NCBI GenBank assembly: GCA_964413195.1
Contig: CAYPRD010000001.1
Coordinates: 27,039-91,038, forward strand
Length of the DNA: 64,000 bases
DNA from: an uncultured Candidatus Peribacteria bacterium
Lineage (GTDB): Bacteria; Patescibacteriota; Gracilibacteria; BD1-5; JAGOOR01
Direction: 5' to 3'
Every line of letters starts with the position of its first letter. Within the stretch, counting starts at the first letter, position 1. Positions 53,538-63,957 of the stretch are shown here, piece after piece. A program made the position numbers and the translations under genes. The notes beneath the pieces were generated by a model. The model was not told the origin of the DNA and did no database searches. It saw only the letters and a list, made by a program, of their open reading frames with translations.

Positions 53538-56510
53538 ATGCAAAAAAACAAGTATTTTTATCAGACGATTCTCGGATGTATGATCTTCTGTTTTGGATCA
53601 GCATTTGCGTATACAAGTGCCGATTGTGAAAATGCATCTCGTCTGGCAAGCAATGGTATCATCACCTATCAATCATCTTGCCCAGGCTATGCACTCGATC
53701 GCAACATTACTCGAGCCGAAGTAGCTGCTGTAGGTCTCAAAATCGCAGAAACATGTGGAGCACTATATGAAACATGGAATACCTGTGAAGGTATTTATTG
53801 TGATGTTACCTCTACCGATCCAAACACATGGGCATGTCGAGCAGCAGAAACACTCGCACGAAATGGTATCATCTCCCTCAACACTCAATCAGATGGATTT
53901 AATCATTTTTACCCAACAAGAAATATTACACGAGCAGAGGCTTTAGCAATTATTCTCAAGAGTGGTAAACTAGATTTTCAGAACTCCACCTACAATGATT
54001 GGCGTTTCAATGGGACAGGGGCAAACAGTTGGCAAAAACCTCTCATGCAATATGCATTTAATAGTGGCTATATAACTTCTATAAATGGTTTCTGACCAAA
54101 TCTTCTTGCTCGCCGCCATGAAGTATTTGGATACGCAGAACAAGTGCTCAGAACATGTGGTGGAGGTGGTGGAAATACTTCATCATGTGGTATCGGTCAA
54201 TATTGGTCTGGAAATACATGTTACAGCTGTTCTGGAGCACCAGCAAACGCATATTATACCGGTAGAAATTCATGTGAATGGACCTGTAACAGTGGATACT
54301 ACAAAAGTGGAAGTAGCTGTGTGAGCAATAATAACAATTACAATCCTTACGGGACATGTCCTGCATGACAATACTGGGCTGGAACCTGTATTTCATGTTT
54401 ATCTGCTCCAGCAAATGCATACTACACAACCTACAACTCATGTGCTTGGACGTGTAATAACGGATACTACAGAAGCGGAGACACGTGCGTGAGCAGTGGT
54501 GGCTGATATGGATCATGTAGTGTAGGGCAATATTGGAATGGATATAGCTGTAGTTTTTGTGGGAACCTCCCTACAAATGCGTATTATAATAGCCAAAACA
54601 GTTGTGAATGGACCTGTAACAATGGATATTATAAGAGTGGTAATAGTTGTATAAGCACGTATAACACCGCTTGTGGCGTCGGACAATATTCATCTGGAAA
54701 CACCTGTTTCTCTTGTAGTTCTGCTCCAGCAAATGCATACTATACGACACAAAATTCATGTGAATGGACTTGTAATAGTGGATATTATAAACTCGGAAGC
54801 AGCTGTGTCAGTTTCAACAATCCATCAACATGTGGAGTCGGACAATACTCGTCTGGGAATAGTTGTTATTCTTGTAACACACGTCCAACCAATGCCTACT
54901 ACACACGAGAAAATTCATGTGAATGGACTTGTAACAGTGGGTACTACCGAGATGGAAATTTTTGTGTCCAAAATTATCAAAACTGTGGTATTGGACAATA
55001 CCTCACTGGAAACATGTGTCTTGGTTGTACCAACAAGCCATCATACGCATACTATACAACCGTTGGATCATGTGAATGGACCTGTGAAAGTGGGTATTAT
55101 AGAAATGGAAACACCTGTACACCTTCGTTTAATCAAAACTGTAGTATCGGACAATATCTGGTAGGAAACAGTTGTGTTTCATGTGGCAATGCTCCTTGGA
55201 ACTCAACCTATACAACCGTTGGATCATGTGAATGGACCTGTAACAGTGGATACTACAGAAATGGGGATAGTTGTATACAAAATGTCGTCAATTGTGGTAT
55301 CGGGCAATACCAACTCGGTAATACGTGTCATAGCTGTACAGGCTTACCTGCAAATGCCTATTACACGACCACCGGCAGCTGTGCATGGACATGTAGTTCA
55401 AACTACTACGCATCAGGAAATCAGTGTTTCCCATACGTAACAAATTGTTGAGTAGGGCAATATCTTTCTGGCAATGCCTGTGTATCATGTACTGGGCTGC
55501 CAACAAACGCATACTATACCACACAGAATTCATGTAGTTGGTCTTGTAGTAATGGCTATACCCAGAGCGGATGATCATGTGTTCCAAATACGTATAATTT
55601 CTACGCATGGTACACGAGTAGTTATGGGACATGTTCAGCAAGCTGTGGTGGAGGAAACCAATACCGCACTGTAGAATGTCGAAATAATCTTGGAATAACT
55701 GTAGCTGATGCGTTTTGTTCTGCAACAGCAAAACCAGTTACAACACAATCATGTAATACGCAGGCATGTACTAATTATGCGTGGTATACAGGAAATTATG
55801 TGACATGCTCAGCAAGCTGTGGTGGAGGAAACCAATATCGAACCGTGGAATGCCGCGATGGAAATGGAATGACGGTTTCTGATAGTTATTGTTCTGCAAC
55901 AGCAAAACCAGTTACAACACAATCGTGTAATACGCAGGCATGTCAAACAGTTACTTATGGATGGTTTGCTGGAAGTTATGGTTCTTGTTCTGCTGTATGT
56001 GGTGGAGGAAATCAATACCGCCCCGTAGAGTGCCGAACAAACACAGGAAACACCGTTGCTGATAGTTATTGTGCACATATTACTCGTCCAACCAATATCC
56101 AATCATGTAATACGCAGGCATGTACTAATTATGCGTGGTATACAGGAAGCTATGGGACATGTTCAGCAAGCTGTGGTGGAGGAAATCAATACCGCACCGT
56201 AGAATGTCGAAATAATCTTGGAATAACTGTAGCTGATGCATATTGTACTGGGACAGCAAAACCAATCAATGCACAATCATGTAATAGTCACGCCTGTGCT
56301 GTGGCGACACAATGTAGTGGATTTCGATTTTGTACAACAGACAACTTTGGTGAGTGGTGCGAGACACCAGAATGTCCCGTAGGATGCACCGCCGTTCTTT
56401 CTGATGCAACAGATAACTACGCAGATATTCGATCCACAAATAATGGACGAAGTATGAAAGGGAAAAATTGTGATGCCGGAACCGAAACCCTCAAAGTATT
56501 TTGTCGATAA
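53538..56510 (+). CDS. secreted SLH-domain protein with 9 Cys-rich (ephrin-receptor/furin-like) repeats and 4 ADAMTS-type thrombospondin type-1 repeats (990 aa)
   Basis: ORFs 53466-54095, 54144-54368, 55014-55451 and 55800-56510 are all in one frame and joined by TGA. Signal peptide ILGCMIFCFGSAFA. SLH-like segments NITRAEVAAVGLKIA and WACRAAETLARNGII...NITRAEALAIILK. Repeats CG.GQY..GN.C..C...P.NAYYT...SCEWTCNSGYY..G..C. TSRs W(Y/F)..SYG.CSA.CGGGNQYR.VECR...G..V.D..C....KP...QSCN.QAC. Confidence 0.8.
54186..55580 (+). repeat. nine tandem ~50-aa cysteine-rich repeats (coding)
   Basis: GQY-containing units: CGIGQYWSGNTC, CPA-G-QYWAGTC, CSVGQYWNGYSC, CGVGQYSSGNTC, CGVGQYSSGNSC, CGIGQYLTGNMC, CSIGQYLVGNSC, CGIGQYQLGNTC, C-G-VGQYLSGNAC. 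Six Cys per unit. Confidence 0.8.
55602..56296 (+). repeat. four tandem thrombospondin type-1-like repeats (coding), with near-identical DNA between units 1 and 4
   Basis: Segments 55623-55711 and 56151-56239 (89 nt each) differ at 2 positions. A 49-nt linker (CAATCATGTAATACGCAGGCATGTACTAATTATGCGTGGTATACAGGAA) occurs identically at about 55747 and 56100. Confidence 0.8.
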
Positions 56511-56517
56511 GAAATAA

Positions 56518-56541
56518 AAAGCCTTCACAAGAGGCTTTTTT
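56518..56541 (+). terminator. rho-independent terminator
   Basis: AAAGCCT-TCACAAG-AGGCTTT followed by TTTC, 8 nt after the TAA of the SLH/TSR gene. Confidence 0.6.
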
Positions 56542-56703
56542 CTTGCAAAAAAACCAGATTCGATATACTGCGCTCGTCACTCGGAAAATGAGTGACCCGC
56601 TTTGGAATTATCTACGGAATTTTCCTCTCTAAGAATGAAAAATTAGAGCCTCAATTTCCGGCTATGGTATTCAAAGTTTAAGGATTATTTTTTATTTTTT
56701 TCT

Positions 56704-57444
56704 ATGTCTCTCATTAAAGACATGCTGCATAATGCAGTCCACATCGGTAGTGACACCCGCCATTGGTCTCCTGCCATGAAACCCTATATTCACGGGGTTC
56801 AAAATGGTATCCATGTTTTTGATCTTACAAAAACAGAATCACATCTCATCGAGATGCAAAAAGCCCTCGAGGAATTTTGCAAATCTGGGAAAGATTTACT
56901 TATCGTTGGGACAAAAGTTCAAACACAAAAAATCGCACAAGATTTAGCAGAAAAAACAGGACACTCCTGCATCACTTCGGTATGGGTTCCAGGGCTTCTC
57001 ACAAACTACAATACCATCAAACGCCAAGTACGTGAGTACAACAAAATCATGAAGGATATCGAAACAGGTGAAATCAACCGTCTTTCCAAGAAAGAAAAAG
57101 CAATGGTTATGACCCGTCTCAGCCGTCTCAAAAAGCGATATGAAGGTATCAAAGAAATGAAAAAGGCTCCGGATGGAATCTTTGTCATTGACGGACATTA
57201 TGAACTGCAGGCAATCAAAGAAGCAAATGTTTTGGGCATTACCGTATTTGCCATTCTTGGTACTACTGGGCAACCAAAACTCTGTGATTACTTTGTACCA
57301 GGAAACGTCAACAATCTCAAGTCACTTTCCTTTGTCACAGGAGAACTCGCTGCCTCTATGAAACGTAGTGCTCGACAAACTGTTGCGGAAAAGATCGCAA
57401 AGGGTCCAGCACAAAAGACAGAAACCCCAGAAGAAACAGCATAA
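56704..57444 (+). CDS. rpsB: 30S ribosomal protein S2
   Basis: Intact ORF. MLHNAVHIGSDTRHWSPAMKPYIHGVQNGIHVFDL is the canonical S2 N-terminus. Confidence 0.95.
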   Translation: MSLIKDMLHNAVHIGSDTRHWSPAMKPYIHGVQNGIHVFDLTKTESHLIEMQKALEEFCKSGKDLLIVGTKVQTQKIAQDLAEKTGHSCITSVWVPGLLTNYNTIKRQVREYNKIMKDIETGEINRLSKKEKAMVMTRLSRLKKRYEGIKEMKKAPDGIFVIDGHYELQAIKEANVLGITVFAILGTTGQPKLCDYFVPGNVNNLKSLSFVTGELAASMKRSARQTVAEKIAKGPAQKTETPEETA

Positions 57445-57466
57445 TATCTACCACTAATCATCCTCT

Positions 57467-58258
57467 ATGACTACTATTACTCTCGAACTTATCAAAGAAC
57501 TCCGAGACGCTACCGGGGTTTCTATCACAGAATGTAAAAAAGCTCTGGAAGAAACTGGCGGAGACATCCAAGCTGCGATCGATGAATTGCGAAAAAAAGG
57601 TATCGCAAAAGCAGGAAAACGTGCTGAAAATGCAACAAAAGAAGGTCGCATCCAGATCAAAAATATTGGAAACAAAGCCTACGTTGCTTCTCTTACCTGT
57701 GAAACAGACTTTGTTGCTCGTACAGATAATTTTGCAAATTTCATTGCTGAACTCATGGAAGTTCTCGTAAAAACCGGTAACCCTGAGGAAACAAAATCAG
57801 CTTTCACACCTCGTATGTCAGACATCATCCAACAGACTGGTGAAAACGTTGTTTTCGGACCCCTGGATGTGATCGAATGACCCGTGATCGGAAGCTACGT
57901 GCACTCAAATAACAAGGTCGCTGCAGTCGTTTCAGCAAACGCTGGAACTGATGAGGAAAAAGTACGACAGGTTGCCATGCATGTCACTGCAACCAATCCC
58001 AACGCCTTGCGTGTATCAGACTTCCCTGCTGATGTTGTCACTCATGAACGTGAAGTACAAATGGAAACTATGAAACAGGACCCAAAAAATGCTGGTAAAC
58101 CAGAGAATATCCTCGCAAATATCCTAGAAGGGAAAATGAAAAAATTTGTCGAAGAAGGAACACTTCTCACACAACCTTTTGTCGTCAATCCTGATCAAAC
58201 AATAGAGCAGTTTCTTGGTGGAGATGTTCTTACATCATTTAAGCGATATTCGATTTAG
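57467..58258 (+). CDS. tsf: translation elongation factor Ts
   Basis: ORFs 57467-57880 and 57884-58258 are in the same frame and joined by one TGA. LIKELRDATGVSITECKKALEETGGDIQAAIDELRKKG is the UBA-like N-domain. Confidence 0.9.
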
Positions 58259-58283
58259 TATTCTCTTTTCTGAGGAAGTTAAA

Positions 58284-58311
58284 ACAAGCCCATTAGAGGG
58301 CTTGTTTTTTT
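58284..58311 (+). terminator. rho-independent terminator after tsf
   Basis: ACAAGCCC-ATTAGA-GGGCTTGT followed by TTTTTT. Confidence 0.65.
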
Positions 58312-58348
58312 GAGTACTCTTTCTACAATGCCCAAGCACATATCGTGA

Positions 58349-58423
58349 AGGGTGGTAGTACAATGGTTAGTATAGGGATCTCCAAAGTCCTTGATCTCAG
58401 TTCGATTCTGAGCCGCCCTGCCA
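58349..58423 (+). tRNA. tRNA-Trp (anticodon CCA)
   Basis: AGGGTGGTAGTACAATGGTTAGTATAGGGATCTCCAAAGTCCTTGATCTCAGTTCGATTCTGAGCCGCCCTGCCA. Cloverleaf folded by hand, anticodon loop CTCCAAA, discriminator G, encoded CCA. The body is like E. coli tRNA-Trp. Confidence 0.9.
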
Positions 58424-58460
58424 AGAAAGATTTTCCATCGAAATTCCCTCAGGGGAATTT

Positions 58461-58868
58461 TTATGAGTCACCATATTCAACACAGAATCGAGGCCTTTCT
58501 CAATCAATGTTCAATTCATGAACGATTTTATATCAAAACCGACCACACACCCTCCCTATAGGAGTACGGAAAAAGTTCTTTCTCCCTCATAAAGTTCTTC
58601 TGAAAATACGCTCATTATCAAAAGCAAGTTCACCTATGATCATAGTTGGGCTATACTCACGATCAAAAAAATCAAAGAGTGGAACTCAAAAATCCCCACA
58701 TTCAGCAGTGTTTTCATAGAAAAATATTTCCAGGACACCTGTAGGATCATCATATGAAAAGATGGCATATCCTAGTTCTGAGCCTTGTTCATCATAAATA
58801 TCAACACGCCTTTTACCATCAGTTTCAGCATTTATGTGATATTCATAAACAATATTGCTTTCATTCAT
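58461..58868 (-). CDS. hypothetical protein (135 aa)
   Basis: ORF 58686-58868 extends through 4 TGA to TAA 58461-58463. No family recognised. Confidence 0.4.
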
Positions 58869-58910
58869 GAGTATATTATAAAATATAATATAATTAATAC
58901 AATTTTATTA

Positions 58911-59939
58911 TTAAATATTTTCCACCCACATAGCATCACCAAAACTGAGAAATCGGAAGTTGTGGTCGAGGGCATATTGGTAGGCGATTTTCATGTTTTC
59001 TAATCCCATAAAAGCAGCGACGAGGACGAGGAGTGACGTGCGTGGTGCATGAAAATTGGTAATGAGTACATTGACGAGCTGGAATTCATAGCCCGGCGTG
59101 ATATAAAGATTCGTATCACCCGAAACGCCGTAGGCTTGCTCCTGGAGTTTACCAGCTGCGTAGGATTCGAGTGAGCGCAGAGAGGTCGTACCCACGGCTA
59201 TCACTCTCCCCTTTCGGTTTTTCAGAAGATCAAGAGTTTCGGCCGGAATAGTGACAAATTCAGAGTGAATCTGGTATTGCGTGACATCATCTTCATAAAT
59301 GGGTTTAAATGTTCCTGGGCCTATATGGAGCGTGACGTGGGCAATCTTGACGCCCATATTTTTGATTTTTTCGAGAAGCTCAGGCGTGAAGTGGCGACCT
59401 GCTGTGGGTGCTGCGGTAGAGCCGAGATTTTTCGCATAGACGGTCTGATAGAGTTCAGAGTTAGCAAGATGTTCAGTGATATAGGGCGGGAGCGGGACTT
59501 CACCATATTTCTGGAGGACTTCCAACCATTCGTGATGAGGCACAGGAACTCGGACGAACCTCCCTGCGTATGTCTCCCCGACAACCCCGAGCGTCATTCA
59601 GTTTTCGAGAATAATTGTTCGTCCGATCTTGAGTCTCTCTCCTGGGAAACACATGATCTCCCACATATCCGCGGCGGTATTGCGAAGAAAGAGACATTCC
59701 ACATCTTTTTTTCTTCCATTTTGGAGAATCGTCTGTCATCTGATACGTGCTGGCATAACACGAGTATCGTTGATAACAAGGATATCATCAGGACGAAATA
59801 AATCCGTGATAGTATAAAATATTCTTTCTTCACATATGCCGTTCCAGAGAGTGAGAAGCCGGGATTGGTCTCGTATGGAAATCGGGGCCTGAGCAATCCT
59901 CTCAGGAGGAAGATCGTAATCAAAGAGGCTTGTCTTCAT
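58911..59939 (-). CDS. queA: S-adenosylmethionine:tRNA ribosyltransferase-isomerase
   Basis: ORF 58911-59597 and part of 59736-60050 are in the same frame. [53 protein letters not shown]. Confidence 0.9.
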
Positions 59940-60033
59940 ATACATCTGGATATTCTCCATTTTCAAATCAAAATCAAGAAAAGATATCGGTACTTCTTGC
60001 AATTTTACAAAATCCATTTGCATTGAGGGGAAA

Positions 60034-61971
60034 ATGGCCATAATTTGCAAAATTCATTATGCGTTATCAAAAGCAGGTCCCCTGCTCTCTCAAATACACT
60101 ACCCCGCTGATATGCGAGAGAAATTCTCTCTCGACGATCTCCCCACTATATCCCAGGAAGTCCGACAATACATCATCGATGTGATCTCAGAAATTGGGAA
60201 TAGTCATTTCGGCGCGAGCCTCGGTGTAGTAGAATTAACCGTTGCTCTACACTACGTCTTCAACACTCCGGACGATCAGATCGTATGGGATGTATGACAT
60301 CAGGCATACGGTCACAAAATTCTTACTGGGCGCAGAGAAGTCTTTCACACCAATAGGACAAAAGGAGGTATTTCTGGTTTCCCAAAAAGAAGTGAAAGCC
60401 AGTATGATACCTTCGGCGTTGGGCATTCCTCAACTTCTATTTCTGCTGCTCTTGGGATGGCTGTTGCTAGTCACTACAGTGGAGTCAAAAACAGACAGCA
60501 TATCGCCGTTATAGGAGATGGGGCGATGACCGCTGGTCTTGCATTTGAATGACTCCATAATGCAGGATCTCAAAACGCAAATCTCTTGGTCATACTCAAT
60601 GATAACAATATGAGTATCGACCCGAACGTTGGTGCTCTGCGTGACTATTTCACGAAAATCACGACCTCTCACACATTCAATTTTGTTCGTGAAGAAATCC
60701 GTGATCTCTTTGATAAAATCGGCAAACTCTGAACCGTAACAAAAGAATTTCTCGAACACACAGAGCAGGGCCTCAAAGGAATCCTGATGAAAAATAGTAA
60801 TCTTTTTGAATCACTCCATTTTCGTTATTTTGGGCCCGTTGATGGACACGATGTTGTCGGTCTTGCAAAAATACTTCATGATCTCAAGCATATTCCTGGA
60901 CCAAAACTTCTGCACGTGCTCACAAAAAAATGAAAAGGCTACAAATATTCAGAAGAAGGAAACGAAACAACCTGGCATGCGCCTGGCGTATTTAACAAAG
61001 AAACAGGAGAAATTTTAAAACCTATTTCTGCTACTCCTCAACCTCCGAAATATCAGGATGTTTTTGGTCATACCATTGTCGAACTCGCTGAAAAAAATCC
61101 AAAAATCATGGGGATCACTCCCGCGATGCCATCAGGCTCATCGCTCAATATCATGATGAAAGCGATGCCAGAAAGAGCCTTTGATGTCGGTATAGCTGAA
61201 CAACATGCAGTCACATTTTCAGCAGGTCTTGCAACGCAAGGCATGATACCATTCTGCAACATCTATTCGTCTTTTATGCAAAGAGCATACGATCAAGTCA
61301 TTCACGATGTGGCTCTTCAAAATCTCAATGTCATTTTTTGTCTCGATCGAGGAGGTCTCGTAGGAGCTGATGGAGCAACACATCATGGAGCCTACGATTT
61401 AGCCTACATGCGCTGCATCCCAAATATGATTGTCACAGCACCCATGAATGAATCAGAACTTCGCAATCTTATGTACACTTCTCAAAAAGATAATATGGGG
61501 CCATTTTCTATCCGCTATCCTCGTGGCAATGGTGTCATGATTGACTGGAAAACACCTTTTGAAATCATAGAAATCGGAACAGGTCGATGTATTACAGAGG
61601 GGGAAGAAGTTGCTCTTCTCTCGATTGGGCACCCAGGAAATTTTGCGCAAAAAGCATGTGCCGAATTAGCAAAAGAAAATATCTTCCCCGCTCACTACGA
61701 CCTACGTTTTGTGAAACCACTGGACGAGAAACTTCTCCATACTATTTTCCAGAAATTCAAAAAAATCATCACTATAGAAGATGGGTGTATTATGGGTGGC
61801 ATGGGCTCTGCTGTACTCGAATTTATGGTCAATAATAATTATTCAGCAGAAGTTATTCGTCTTGGTATACCCGACACATACATACATCACGGAACTCCCG
61901 CGGAGCTCTATGCGGACTGCGGGTTTGATGGTGCAGGAATAATGAAGGCTGTAAAAACCCTCTCGATATAG
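60034..61971 (+). CDS. dxs: 1-deoxy-D-xylulose-5-phosphate synthase
   Basis: ORFs 60034-60297 and 61108-61971 are in the same frame and joined through [69 protein letters not shown]. Confidence 0.9.
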
Positions 61972-61977
61972 GTATTT

Positions 61978-63498
61978 TTGAGAGGAGAGATATTGCATTC
62001 TGATGCGTTTCTCTATACTCTCAGCGTGTCCTACGCCTCTCCTGTCATTCTCAGTTTCGATAAAGCCAGTTTCTCCTTTAATGATGGGAAACGAGTCATT
62101 CTCAATGAAGCCAGTTTCTCCATTCGAGAAAATACCAAGATTACTATCATGGGTCAAAATGGTGCCGGGAAGTCTACGATGTTCAAACTCATTATGGGAG
62201 AACTCAAGCTCCAGTCAGGCAAAATGAACCTCGTCCCGGGAAAAACTGTTGCCATAGCGCGTCAGGTTATCCCTCGAGATCAGATGTATCTCACAGTCAA
62301 GGAATATTTTGCAACAGCATTTAAACATCCAGACAATAAACTCGAACGAAAAATTGCCGATGTCCTCTCAGAAGTAAATCTCGTAGCCCCTCTTGACAAA
62401 ACACTCAAACAATTTTCAGGTGGACAGCAGGCTCGTCTCCTCCTCGCACACGCCCTCATCCAGGAACCAGATATTCTCCTCCTGGATGAACCAACCAATA
62501 ATCTCGATACTGCCGGAATAGGTCATCTTATTAGTTTTATCCTTGGGTACGAAAAAACAGTGGTGGTTATCTCGCATGATGCGGATTTTCTCAATATGTT
62601 TACGGATGGTGTCCTCTACCTCAATGTCCAGAGACAAACGGTCGAACAATACTGGGGAAACTACTATGATGTCATCGAACAAATCGCTGCTCAAATCGAG
62701 AAAGAACGTCAGCAAAATGCCCGCATGGAGAAAGAAATCCAGGATTCAAAGGATAAAATCAATTTCTTTAGCAACAAAGGAGGGAAAATGCGAAAACTTG
62801 CCAGCAAGATGCGAGATGATGTCGCTGAAGCAGAAGAGAACAAAGTCGCTGTACGCAAAGACGACAAAACGATTCCAAAATTTATCATAGAATTCCCAAA
62901 CCTTATTGGACCAATCGTACAAATCAACAGCCTCAGTCTCATGAGCCCACTCACACACGACGTCGTCCATGTTCCATTTTCTCTTACCGTAAAAAAACGC
63001 GAGCGCTATATTCTCAAGGGGCCAAATGGTATCGGTAAATCAACCCTCCTCAAACGACTCACGAGCGGAAAAGATGAAGATGCCGTTATCACACCAGAAG
63101 TCTCTATCGGCTACTATAGTCAGGACTTTGATGCACTCGATATGAATATGACAGTGTGGGATTCTCTCCACTCAGCCACGGACGAATGTACCGATCAAGA
63201 CGTCTATAAAGTCGCAGCACAATTTCTTCTCACGGGAGATCTTCTCAAAAATCCCATTTACGCTCTCTCAGAAGGCCAAAAAGGACTCCTCTGCTATGCT
63301 CGATTTGTTCTTCAAAAACCACACCTCCTTATCCTCGACGAACCAACAAACCATATCAACTTCCGTCATCTACCTGTCATCGCTGAAGCACTCAACGACT
63401 ATCAAGGTGGTATTATCATGGTAAGTCATGATGACACATTTGTGGAGAAAATTGATAACCTCGAAGAGATTGATTTGAAGAGGCTTCTCGGAATCTAA
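61978..63498 (+). CDS. ABC-F family ATPase (two ABC cassettes, no TM domain)
   Basis: Intact ORF. GQNGAGKSTMFKL, FSGGQQARLLLA, LLLDEPTNNLD, GPNGIGKSTLLKRL, LSEGQKGLL, LILDEPTNHIN. Start uncertain (TTG 61978 or GTG 62026). Confidence 0.85.
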   Translation: MRGEILHSDAFLYTLSVSYASPVILSFDKASFSFNDGKRVILNEASFSIRENTKITIMGQNGAGKSTMFKLIMGELKLQSGKMNLVPGKTVAIARQVIPRDQMYLTVKEYFATAFKHPDNKLERKIADVLSEVNLVAPLDKTLKQFSGGQQARLLLAHALIQEPDILLLDEPTNNLDTAGIGHLISFILGYEKTVVVISHDADFLNMFTDGVLYLNVQRQTVEQYWGNYYDVIEQIAAQIEKERQQNARMEKEIQDSKDKINFFSNKGGKMRKLASKMRDDVAEAEENKVAVRKDDKTIPKFIIEFPNLIGPIVQINSLSLMSPLTHDVVHVPFSLTVKKRERYILKGPNGIGKSTLLKRLTSGKDEDAVITPEVSIGYYSQDFDALDMNMTVWDSLHSATDECTDQDVYKVAAQFLLTGDLLKNPIYALSEGQKGLLCYARFVLQKPHLLILDEPTNHINFRHLPVIAEALNDYQGGIIMVSHDDTFVEKIDNLEEIDLKRLLGI

Positions 63499-63510
63499 TT
63501 CATATTCATT

Positions 63511-63957
63511 ATGACTCACATTGGCACTCGCGACGAATACAAAAAAATCCTCTGAGAAAGGAAAATGATTGGAAAAGAAGGATGTCCTTTTTGTAATTTA
63601 GAAGAACAGAAAGATATGATCCTCTGGAGAGGAAAACACTGGTTCATTATCCAAAATAAATTCCCCTACACAGGAACAAAAGATCACATTATGGCCGTCC
63701 CCTATGAACATCACATACATGCCAGTGAATTTGCTCCAGAAGTGTGGGCAGAGATGGAGAGCATTCATTCATGGATAAAAGAATTTTATGGCGAAAGAGG
63801 ATATTTTTCCTTTACCCGAGAAACGATAAATGATGGTGACAGAGATACGAGGAGTATCGAACACTACCACACCCATTTTTGCGTTGGAAGGCTTCAAGGA
63901 AAATATCTCAGAAATATGCTCCAAAATCAGGGATTTCCGATTGAGCAGGGTTTATAG
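63511..63957 (+). CDS. HIT-family (histidine triad) protein
   Basis: ORF 63565-63957 extends upstream through one TGA to ATG 63511. HxHxHx motif EHYHTHF, plus an N-terminal CPFC. Confidence 0.7.

Noticed and set aside
55623-56239. Diversity-generating retroelement (template/variable repeat pair) as the explanation for the near-identical 89-nt repeats
   Set aside because: The two differences are C/T transitions rather than adenine-specific substitutions, and no reverse transcriptase gene is present in the window.
54148-56528. Minus-strand ORFs (54148-54516, 54571-54759, 55288-55731, 55809-56102, 56277-56528) and plus-strand off-frame ORFs within the repeat gene
   Set aside because: They are shadows created by the repetitive codon structure of the Cys-rich/TSR gene. 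Only plus-strand frame 0 gives a continuous repeat architecture with conserved cysteine spacing.
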